Below are positions 18,619-26,699 of a DNA stretch of 46,850 nucleotides, one piece after another. Each line of letters opens with the position of its first letter. Position 1 is the stretch's first letter. The DNA comes from a virus (taxonomy: Duplodnaviria; Caudoviricetes). The DNA lies in IMG/VR virus record IMGVR_UViG_3300028594_000069, positions 1 through 46,850 of that record; one strand, 5' to 3'. The notes beneath the pieces were generated by a model. It saw nothing but the letters and a program-made list of their open reading frames with translations. It was not told the DNA's origin and did no database searches. A program made the position numbers and the translations under genes.

Positions 18619-18970
18619 CACGCTTTAGAACGTTCAAACGTTCGCTTGGCCTTCGCTTGCCTCGTTCCGCTTGGCCTTCGCTTACTTCCTTGTCGTCCAG
18701 TTTCCGCAGGTGATAAAGTGCTTACCTTCGAGCAACTCTACGTCAATGGCCTCCGATCCGTGGATCGCTGCTTGCGTTCCCAGCCCGCTTGTCATCGCGT
18801 AACTCATTTTTACCGCTTGAGTTGGCGTTACCTTTTCGTCAAAATGCATTTCTTCTTCCGTTATTAGGTTATATACTACTCGCATTTTATCGCCTTCCCT
18901 TCGTTATTCTTTCGTCAAATTTCGTCTAACTTCGTTAAAATAAGCGTCAGTTTGAACGTTCTAAAGCGTG
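18619..18970. repeat. Perfect 21-bp inverted repeat (18619-18639 / 18950-18970) enclosing ORF 18682-18885
   Basis: CACGCTTTAGAACGTTCAAAC versus GTTTGAACGTTCTAAAGCGTG. Confidence 0.9.
18682..18885 (-). CDS. Hypothetical protein, first gene of early operon
   Basis: RBS AGGGAAGG, 67 aa. Confidence 0.65.
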   Translation of the reverse strand: MRVVYNLITEEEMHFDEKVTPTQAVKMSYAMTSGLGTQAAIHGSEAIDVELLEGKHFITCGNWTTRK

Positions 18971-19125
18971 GGCAAACTTTCTTTCCGTTTGCCGTAGCTT
19001 TCCTTTGAGCCGTCCATGTCACTTTGAACGGCGCACCTGCGCTATAACTCAACGCATTTAACGTGGTGCGTTACGGCTGATATATCGGCTTTTCTTCACC
19101 CTTTGAGTCAACCGCCAATATGTAA

Positions 19126-19137
19126 TTGTCAAGGAAC
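19126..19137 (-). promoter_or_regulatory. boxA-like antitermination element
   Basis: GTTCCTTGACAA versus Bacillus rrn boxA GTTCTTTGAAAA, just downstream of the tandem promoters. Confidence 0.4.
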
Positions 19138-19213
19138 AGCGTTGAAGTTCGTCAAGTTTCGTCTGTTTACGTCTGAGTTGTCGTTTCTTTGTCGCCTTCA
19201 ACTTTGTAATTCT

Positions 19214-19242
19214 AGTTTAACACGTCTCGTTTACCGTGTCAA
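19214..19242 (-). promoter_or_regulatory. Early sigma-A promoter P1
   Basis: TTGACA-17-TAAACT, A-rich UP region, operator GTCTC-N7-GTGTC. Confidence 0.75.
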
Positions 19243-19324
19243 CTCTTTTTTAAAACTTTCTTTAAAACTTTTTGTTTTCCCGTTTGGGCTGGCGTTGAAG
19301 CCGTTTCCCTAACGTTGTATCTCT

Positions 19325-19353
19325 ACTATAGCGTGTCTCTTTTAACGAGTCAA
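19325..19353 (-). promoter_or_regulatory. Early sigma-A promoter P2
   Basis: TTGACT-17-TATAGT, operator GTCTC-N7-GAGTC. Confidence 0.8.
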
Positions 19354-19434
19354 TACCTTTTCGAGAAACTTTTTAACTTTTTTCTCAGCCGTTAGGAAGC
19401 GTTTGGATTTCGTTTCCTTTTCGACTGTAAAATC

Positions 19435-19463
19435 ATTGTAGCACGTCTCTTTTAACGAGTCAA
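19435..19463 (-). promoter_or_regulatory. Early sigma-A promoter P3
   Basis: TTGACT-17-TACAAT, operator GTCTC-N7-GAGTC. Confidence 0.8.
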
Positions 19464-19558
19464 TACTATAATTAAATTTTCTTTTTCGAACGGCAGAGAA
19501 CGTTATTTGTACGTCTTTCCTTCGTTATTCCTTCGTTCCCTGTCGTTTGATTATCTAT

Positions 19559-19587
19559 AATGTAACACGTTAAAAGTGACAACGCAA
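19559..19587 (-). promoter_or_regulatory. Possible early promoter P4
   Basis: TTGCGT-17-TACATT, operator AACAC-N7-GTGAC. Confidence 0.5.
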
Positions 19588-19909
19588 GTTTTTCCGATTC
19601 TCAAAAACGGCCAAATATACGCAAATAACGGCAAATCAGTCGAATTTAAAACGGCAGCAGGTTCGAACAAGGACGGCTGAAAGGCGACATGGCGCACGTT
19701 TGTAGGGTTCGATTGAAAAATAACGTAAAACTTTTTCTCTTGTTTTCGTCCTTTTCCGGATATTTTCGTCAGTTTCCTCCATATTCGCAAAGTCAAGGAA
19801 AATATTTTCGTTTTGATGGTTACATTTCACATTGTTGACCGGCTATATATATGAGGGAGGAAGGGAGAAAGGGCGATAGATAACGTATAGCACTTGCGTA
19901 AGGACTTGC

Positions 19910-20360
19910 GTTAATAGAACGTAAAGAGCATACGTGATAGAACGTTAGTTAAATCGTTAGATAACGTTCCAATTCGATATAATCGGTATCCTTCGAAACT
20001 ATTCGAATATATACGTTATCACTAAAAGATATATCGCAAGTGAACTGAACTTCGTTCACTTGCAAGTTATCGAACTTCAGATAACTTTGAACAAGTACTT
20101 TCAAGTACTTACGAATATGTTCGATTCTCTTCGATAGTAGATAATAGCACGTAATAGAACGTAAGTATACGGTACAATCCGCAGGTTACGTATTAGAACG
20201 TAATAAGCCGTAATACCACGTAATAGATCGAAACATACATCGTAATATAGGACGCAAGTATACGTTAAATGTGTAATCGACATAAAGGACGCATTTATCC
20301 GACTCCAGAACGAACTGTAAACGCAAGATATATACGTAAGATAAACGTAATAGAACGGCA
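19910..20360. repeat. Degenerate ~10-bp repeats (consensus CGTAATAGAA) plus tandem inverted repeats
   Basis: e.g. 20141 ATAATAGCACGTAATAGAACGTAAG; 20189 CGTATTAGAACGTAATAAGCCGTAATACCACGTAATAGATCG; 20346 CGTAATAGAACG. Confidence 0.65.
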
Positions 20361-20894
20361 GGAATACGTCATATTTTCGACTGTTAAAACGTGTTCCTTC
20401 ATTATATGTCGAATACAAAGCGAACAGAAGGACGCAGAGGGAACGTAGATGTTTCGTAAGGGAATACGTAGGTATGAAGATAACGGACGTATGTATGACG
20501 TTGTGTGCCGTATATAGATACATGTTTACACGTAGATGAATACGGCAGGATATAGCAGAGGATTGTCGTAGGTGATGCCGTATGTATCTATCGACTGACT
20601 GGCGATTCCCTGGCGACTATCTAGCGACTGTATAACGTACAATACCAGCCGAGCCGTTCACGAGGGACGTAAGTCCGAAACATCGAGGGACGTCATTTAT
20701 CGGACACCTAGACGACTCCCAGCCGTTTCTTATACGTTGTTTCTATACATTTTCTATGCAAACTTACGGCAAACCAACGCATAAACAAACGTTGATATAA
20801 CGCCATCTATCCGATGCATAAAATAATTGACGAATACATAGACGGCAGAAAGTGGCGAAAAAGCCGTCATACCAACGTTTCTAGCGATTCATCG

Positions 20895-20923
20895 AATGTA
20901 ACAAAAACCGATTTAGTTACGTT
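20895..20923. other. Candidate tyrosine-recombinase core site (11-7-11)
   Basis: AATGTAACAAA-AACCGAT-TTAGTTACGTT, arms 9/11 symmetric; right arm recurs (10/11) at 21815-21825 upstream of the recombinase gene. Confidence 0.6.
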
Positions 20924-21185
20924 GGATATACGTTAAAATGAATATTTATACGGCATAGGGCGGGGGGCATGTTCAGCCGGACTCGCCTGCCGGGTAGGGT
21001 CTAATTTCGTACAAAATTTTTAAAAGTCGAAGCAAATTTCGGAACTACCTCCGGAACCCTTTCGAAGCAACCTAGCGTAAGAATAACGTAAGAATAACGC
21101 ACCAACAGCTTAACATCTCCGGAGGCCATGCGCAAGCAAGACGCAAGCAAGACGAAATCATAACGCAACAAAGCCGGAAAGAACG

Positions 21186-21224
21186 AAAAAAAGAAAGCGC
21201 CTGCCCCATTTCGGAAGCAAGCGC
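21186..21224 (-). terminator. Intrinsic terminator of recombinase gene
   Basis: Minus strand GCGCTTGCTT-loop-GGGCAGGCGC followed by TTTCTTTTTTT. Confidence 0.7.
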
Positions 21225-21252
21225 GCACTTCTGCGTTTAACTTACGAACTAA

Positions 21253-21780
21253 TTACAAGCAAAGCATTTCGTAAGACTCGTCGATATTCTCTTGGTTAAT
21301 TCCGATGTATCTTAACGTCTCCTTTTCGGAGGAATGGTTAAGCATACGCATGACTAAGCCAATGTTATTCGTTTTCTTGTACGTAAAGTAGCCTGCCGTT
21401 TTTCGGAGCGAGTGACAGCCGAACTTTAAGTCGGTTAAGCCTGCTCGTTTAGCGGCGTCGTTAAGTACGCGGTAAGCTTGTACGCGACTTATCGGCTGGC
21501 CGCCCTTCCGAGACGGAAATAGATAGCCTTCCTTCGGAGCTAGTTCGCGGATAGCTTTCTTGGCTACGGAGTTTAAGGCGATTCGCTTATACTTGTCCGT
21601 TTTGGACTCGTAGAGCGTTAAGTAATCCCCGGAAACATCTTCGGCCTTTAGCGTTAACAAGTCGGAGATGCGAAGCGCGGTATTAATTCCGAGAGTAAAT
21701 AGTAGGAGGTTGCGCCCGTGCAACGCTTTCTTAATTTTGTTTATATCCCGTTTGCTGCGGATAGGTTCGACGATATTCAT
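21253..21780 (-). CDS. Small catalytic-domain-only tyrosine recombinase (resolvase-type)
   Basis: ALRISDLL (R), ESKTDK (K), HSLRKT, LNHSS, TLRYIG; ATG 21780 after AAAGGAG. Confidence 0.92.
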   Translation of the reverse strand: MNIVEPIRSKRDINKIKKALHGRNLLLFTLGINTALRISDLLTLKAEDVSGDYLTLYESKTDKYKRIALNSVAKKAIRELAPKEGYLFPSRKGGQPISRVQAYRVLNDAAKRAGLTDLKFGCHSLRKTAGYFTYKKTNNIGLVMRMLNHSSEKETLRYIGINQENIDESYEMLCL

Positions 21781-21839
21781 AATTGAATGCAACTCCTTTT
21801 CGAATATGTTCAAATAAGTTACGTTCGTGATCTATTTTC

Positions 21840-21868
21840 ATTGTAACGCAAATACGGAAAGGCGTCAA
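21840..21868 (-). promoter_or_regulatory. sigma-A promoter of recombinase
   Basis: TTGACG-17-TACAAT, overlapped by a GTAAC half-site. Confidence 0.7.
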
Positions 21869-21912
21869 GTTGTTTTATAATAATTTTACATAACTAAATA
21901 ATAATTAAAAAT

Positions 21913-21987
21913 GAGCGTCACAGAGCGATTATTGATAGTTCGAAGGTATATCTTCGTAAAATAAATAAAAATCGCTCACAGACGCTC
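21913..21987. repeat. Long imperfect hairpin upstream of terS
   Basis: GAGCGTC-ACA-GAGCGATT...CGAAG/CTTCG...AATCGCTC-ACA-GACGCTC. Confidence 0.75.
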
Positions 21988-22072
21988 TCATAAGCCCAAA
22001 AGTTAACGAACTACTGACGAATTAAGACGAATTCCCAACGGAAGTCAAACTTAAAGGAGGTGAGGCACAAAA

Positions 22073-22513
22073 ATGTCAGCGAAACACACGTTTACCTATG
22101 ATGAATCGAAATTTAAGGCGGGGCAACGCGAAGCTGCGTTAGCGATGGTCGAATACGAGTTTAGTCCGAAAGGAAATCGTAAGACAAAGCAAGATATAGC
22201 GGACGAAATCGGAATCAGCCGCAAGACACTCCATAATTGGAACACGCAAGATCAAAACTTTATTAACTACAAGAACGCAATTGCCTCCGATTTCATGGAT
22301 TCGAGCTTAGCTTTCGTTTACAAGAAGTTATTGGATTCGATCGAACGTGGCTCAGTCCGAGGCATGGAACTTTATATGAAACGTATTGGCGACCTCGCAG
22401 ACCAGAACGAAATTACAATCCGCGACGAACGTTCCGAGGACGGAAAGACTTTCGAAGAACGCGAGGCAGACTTACTAAAACGTTTGGAAGACGGACAAGA
22501 AGGGGGCGAATAA
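22073..22513 (+). CDS. terS: Terminase small subunit (HTH type)
   Basis: TKQDIADEIGISRKTLHNW HTH, directly upstream of terL, RBS AAAGGAGGTG. Confidence 0.75.
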   Translation: MSAKHTFTYDESKFKAGQREAALAMVEYEFSPKGNRKTKQDIADEIGISRKTLHNWNTQDQNFINYKNAIASDFMDSSLAFVYKKLLDSIERGSVRGMELYMKRIGDLADQNEITIRDERSEDGKTFEEREADLLKRLEDGQEGGE

Positions 22514-22516
22514 TTA

Positions 22517-24250
22517 ATGGCGTGGATCAACGAAGAAGGAGCCGAATACGAAGACGGTACTTGGCTCGAATATGAAGAGCGCGCTGAATTAATCGCCCAG
22601 CACGAACGGGAGCAGGTATTACTAGCGAAACTCTTAAAGGCAGGGAAGGCGACCGCAGCCGACCTTGACCGGCTAGAGTTTTTAATTGACGAACTTAAAC
22701 GATTAAACCGGATTCACCGCGGAGAGCAGGACGTTCTGTATTTCGGAATGCAATACTTCTCCGAGGACGAAAACCCCGGAAATGCAGACAACATGATTCC
22801 GGAAGGGACGAACTATAATAACGCGGTAGATTTCCACCGGGAACTATGTTCGTTATTCGACGATATAACGAAAGGGATTCAGAAGAAAAACGTAGCTTGG
22901 GCGGTTCCAAGACAGCACGCAAAGACCGCATGGATTTCGAATATCTTTCTACTGCATCAAGTCGTTTATCGGAAGAAGCGTTACGTAGTCCTGTTTTCGG
23001 AAACAACCGACGTAGCTGGCGATTTCATTTCGTGGGGACGTTACCAACTCAAGTTGAACGAAAAGCTCAGGAATGATTTCGGCGAGTTATTGCACGTTAA
23101 ACCGAGTATGAACGATCTCGACAACAAATACGAATACATTACGCGATCAAATACGAAAGTGGAAGCGAAAGGGTTAGGCACACAAACCCGCGGGCTAAGG
23201 CACGGAAACACACGCCCAGACTTATTCATTCTGGACGACCTAGAGTCCGACGATTCAACGAATACTCCGGAATTGATCGAAAAATCCAAGTCATGGTTCA
23301 AGGAATCAATGCTTCCGGCGAAGGCGAAAGACGGGTTGTGCGTTTACTTAGGTACGATTCTATGTTACGGCTCTTTGCTCCACTACGTAGTTGAAGACCG
23401 AAAAGACTTCGAATCTCGTAAATTCTCAGCTATCGAATCCTACGCAGATCGCGAAGACTTGTGGGAACAGTGGCGGAAGATATATCGAAGCGACGATCCG
23501 GAAGCTGCGGAGAAAGCGGAAGCGTTCTTCCTAGAGCATGAAGACGAAATGCTCGAAGGAACGAAAATCCTTTGGCCGGGATACTGGACGTATTACGAAT
23601 TGGTTCAAATTCGAGAGAACGACGGAATCAAGGCGTTTAACCAAGAATACCAGAATAACCCTACCGACGAAGAGCGGCAGATCTTTAAACCGGAATACTT
23701 CGTTTATTTCAACGAGGACGAACTCGAAGGTAAAAACCTCGAATTCTTTGGCGGAATTGACTTTGCGATGGGGAAAGAAAACGGGGACTACTCCGTTATC
23801 GCTACGGTCGCAAAGAACATGGATACCGGAGTCTGTTATGTCTACGACGTTTTCATGGAACGTTGTCACCCGGACCGACTCTTAGAAAAGGCCGTAGAGC
23901 TAACGTTGAAGTACCAATATAGCGGGATCGGCGTTGAGGCGCAAATGGCGCAAGAATGGTTCGCGGATAAACTACGAGAAGAGCTTCAACGTCAAGGCTA
24001 TCCGAGCCATACGCGAATGAGAGAGATTAAACAGCGTACGAGAAAGGCGCTACGGATCGAGGCATTATTACCGGATATTCAGAACGCAAATCTCCGATTC
24101 AGAAGAACGCTAGACTCGGCGGTAATGGATCAATTCGAAATGTATCCGATGCATCACCACGACGACGCGCCGGACGCTATCGAGATGTCTTATCGAACGG
24201 CTCGCGACGGAAACGTAGTGTTTAGGACGGTAAGGAAACGAATGCGTTAG
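22517..24250 (+). CDS. terL: Terminase large subunit
   Basis: PRQHAKT Walker A, FILDDLE Walker B, FNQEYQN, GIDFA, HDDAPDA nuclease motifs. Confidence 0.93.
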   Translation: MAWINEEGAEYEDGTWLEYEERAELIAQHEREQVLLAKLLKAGKATAADLDRLEFLIDELKRLNRIHRGEQDVLYFGMQYFSEDENPGNADNMIPEGTNYNNAVDFHRELCSLFDDITKGIQKKNVAWAVPRQHAKTAWISNIFLLHQVVYRKKRYVVLFSETTDVAGDFISWGRYQLKLNEKLRNDFGELLHVKPSMNDLDNKYEYITRSNTKVEAKGLGTQTRGLRHGNTRPDLFILDDLESDDSTNTPELIEKSKSWFKESMLPAKAKDGLCVYLGTILCYGSLLHYVVEDRKDFESRKFSAIESYADREDLWEQWRKIYRSDDPEAAEKAEAFFLEHEDEMLEGTKILWPGYWTYYELVQIRENDGIKAFNQEYQNNPTDEERQIFKPEYFVYFNEDELEGKNLEFFGGIDFAMGKENGDYSVIATVAKNMDTGVCYVYDVFMERCHPDRLLEKAVELTLKYQYSGIGVEAQMAQEWFADKLREELQRQGYPSHTRMREIKQRTRKALRIEALLPDIQNANLRFRRTLDSAVMDQFEMYPMHHHDDAPDAIEMSYRTARDGNVVFRTVRKRMR

Positions 24251-24382
24251 TACGGTTCGAAAGCGAATGCGTTAGCACGGAATGCGTTAAATTTGTACGA
24301 CGAAGGCGGGCGATGAATGGATATAACGGAATTTAAGCACGAAATAAACAAACTAAAAACTCACGGAAGGAGGGATTGACGA

Positions 24383-26206
24383 ATGGCTGGCGTATTTCAA
24401 AACTTTGTTGCGGACTATAACTTAATGGCTCCGGAAGATATGGACGAGCTACTGTTTTCCCCGTTCGAGATTGCGTTAGGTGAAGAAACGGTTGATAGAA
24501 TCCAGACGCAGTTCGAGAATTACGAGTATTATCAAGGAAAACAGCACAAGAACGAAAATGGCGAGTTAGTTCGCTCGGAGGACTTAGAGCAACCGGCAGA
24601 ACTAGATTACGAGCCAACTCGATATGCTACGAATTATTTTAAAGCGATTATCGAACGAAAAGCTCGCTGGCAAATGGGCGGACAACATAACGTAATTGTT
24701 CCCCGTAAACAGATCGACGATCCTAACGAAGCAATGGAGCCGGGCTATGAACCAAGCTCGCAGCAACAACGGCAGGACGAGATTGACGAGGCGTACGAAA
24801 GCTTACTTCATCAATTGTGGGACGAAAATAAAATGCGCGTTCGATTACTACAGGCCGCAAGGGATCGCTTAATTGCGGATCGAGTCGTATGTAAGATCGC
24901 ATTTAACCAGAACACCGGAAAGCTACGTTGGATATTTCGTCCAGATACGGAGTTTATTCCGGTCTTTAGTGATGACGATTTCGAAGAGTTAATCGCGTGT
25001 CACTTTATCCGACAAAAGATCGTTCAAGACGGAGATGACGAAGTTGAGGCGTTCCAGAAGCAGACGTTCTCTCTTGAAGGCGAAGGAGAGGCTCGACAGT
25101 GCTATATCGAAGAAGCGATTTATACGGCGGACGATTTAGAAGTATTCGAACAAGTACAACCGCGTTCTCCGATGGGGATTGACTTTATACCAGTCGTTAT
25201 GTTTCCGGTTAATGACTTACTCGGGGAAACGGTCGCTCAGTCCGAAGTACAAGGATTACGGGAACAGAACGACGTTCTAAACCAACTTAACGAGGACGCA
25301 ATCGATTCGATTAAATTCGAAATGTTTTCGATGACAGCTTTATTAAACGTACCAGAAGGAACGGCAGATTCGATGGAAATTGCTCCGGGCGGTGTGTTCG
25401 AAGCGAGAGGCCATGATGGCGGACAATCTCCGTCAGTCCAAAAGATAGAAGGCGGATTCAAATGGACGAACGCTTTCAAGGATCAATACATGCGGGTTAA
25501 GTCGGCAATGCACGAAACCGCATCATTACCGCAATTTGTTCCGCAAGAAATGAACTTCGGAGGACTAAACGGAGATACTTTACAAATCATGTTCCACGAT
25601 ATTATTTCGGATACCGAAGAACATTGGATCGCATGGGAGTTCGGTTTAAAGGAGCTTCACGAGAAATCAATTAAATATCTGCAAGCTAGAACGGGCTATC
25701 CAAATTTTGCGTATGACAGTTCGATTGTAAATCGGATAGAAGATTATACGACCGAGATGAAGTTTGCGTTACCACTTCCGGACAACCGCAAAGAACTGGT
25801 CGAACTATTAGGTAACGAGATGGCTAACAACGTTGAATCTCAAGCGGGAGCAATGCGTAGGCTTGGCGTTGAAGACGTTAAATCTAAGCAGCAGGAGATT
25901 ATCAACGAGCAAATTAAAATGATGCAGATGATGAACCCTTACGGAGCAGCCGGCGGAGGACTAGGCGAAGGTCTAGGCGAAGAAGGTGGTGCGATGCCCT
26001 CAGCAGGCGGAGGAGCAGGAACGTTAACTCCGCAAGCACAAGCACTTGTAGATGAAGGCGGTCAAGCGACCAATGAGGACGGAGAGCCTATTCGACTTTG
26101 TTCCGTATGTAACGGTTCTGGACGAGTAGTTAATCCGGAATTTGGGGATTTCCGAACATGCGAAAACTGTAAAGGAGACGGTATCGTACAGGTTCGGAAG
26201 AGATAA
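24383..26206 (+). CDS. Portal protein with C-terminal DnaJ-type zinc finger
   Basis: Position after terL, YYQGKQ, FIPVV; C-terminal CSVCNGSG and CENCKGDG. Confidence 0.85.
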   Translation: MAGVFQNFVADYNLMAPEDMDELLFSPFEIALGEETVDRIQTQFENYEYYQGKQHKNENGELVRSEDLEQPAELDYEPTRYATNYFKAIIERKARWQMGGQHNVIVPRKQIDDPNEAMEPGYEPSSQQQRQDEIDEAYESLLHQLWDENKMRVRLLQAARDRLIADRVVCKIAFNQNTGKLRWIFRPDTEFIPVFSDDDFEELIACHFIRQKIVQDGDDEVEAFQKQTFSLEGEGEARQCYIEEAIYTADDLEVFEQVQPRSPMGIDFIPVVMFPVNDLLGETVAQSEVQGLREQNDVLNQLNEDAIDSIKFEMFSMTALLNVPEGTADSMEIAPGGVFEARGHDGGQSPSVQKIEGGFKWTNAFKDQYMRVKSAMHETASLPQFVPQEMNFGGLNGDTLQIMFHDIISDTEEHWIAWEFGLKELHEKSIKYLQARTGYPNFAYDSSIVNRIEDYTTEMKFALPLPDNRKELVELLGNEMANNVESQAGAMRRLGVEDVKSKQQEIINEQIKMMQMMNPYGAAGGGLGEGLGEEGGAMPSAGGGAGTLTPQAQALVDEGGQATNEDGEPIRLCSVCNGSGRVVNPEFGDFRTCENCKGDGIVQVRKR

Positions 26207-26242
26207 ATAAGAAACGAGATTTAAAAAAGGAGGCGTTAAGTT

Positions 26243-26302
26243 ATGAACGATTGTCCATTCTGCGATAATTGCGATTGCGGCTTGAAAGAAGGGAGTGATT
26301 AA
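26243..26302 (+). CDS. Cys-rich micropeptide MNDCPFCDNCDCGLKEGSD
   Basis: Strong RBS AAAGGAGG at 26226-26233, 19 codons. Confidence 0.45.
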   Translation: MNDCPFCDNCDCGLKEGSD

Positions 26303-26307
26303 GCAAT

Positions 26308-26613
26308 ATGTCCGATCCAATGTTTAGTCGAAAGTATGGCGCTCAAGGTTCCGGAACTCCCGGAAAGTCTGCTTATCAAGTAGCCGTAGACGAAGGGTTC
26401 GAAGGAACGAAGCAAGAATGGCTTGACTCGTTAGTTGGCCCGCAAGGTGAACGTGGTGAAAAAGGGGAGCAAGGCCCGGCTGGCGCAGACGGAGAAGACG
26501 GAACAAACGGAGTAGACGGAGTGAGCGTGACAGGCGCGACCTCCGATGGAACGAATATTACTTTCGAATTATCTGACGGCAGTACGATTCAAGTACCATG
26601 GCCGGAGAAGTAA
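26308..26613 (+). CDS. Collagen-like (Gly-X-Y) head-associated protein
   Basis: GKSAYQVAVDEGFEGTKQEWLDSL followed by about 10 GXY triplets. Confidence 0.8.
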   Translation: MSDPMFSRKYGAQGSGTPGKSAYQVAVDEGFEGTKQEWLDSLVGPQGERGEKGEQGPAGADGEDGTNGVDGVSVTGATSDGTNITFELSDGSTIQVPWPEK

Positions 26614-26699
26614 ATAAGAAAAGGACCGAACGTTAAGTCGTTAAACTAAACGGAACGCGAAAAATATTGAGCGGAAAAAGTGGAAGGAGTTAATTACTA

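Noticed and set aside
20112-20123. LexA/SOS box (CGAATATGTTCG; similar at 21801)
   Set aside because: Spacing is 2 nt shorter than Bacillus GAAC-N4-GTTC
19910-20360. Mini-CRISPR array
   Set aside because: Units are about 10 bp, degenerate and contiguous, with no unique spacers
19551-21228. ORF-track ORFs 19551-19796, 19636-19830, 20101-20523, 21001-21228
   Set aside because: No RBS and atypical composition; they arise from repeat-rich non-coding DNA
21253-21780. Lysogeny integrase
   Set aside because: Only about 175 aa with no arm-binding or core-binding N-terminal domain, and located next to terminase; more consistent with a resolvase
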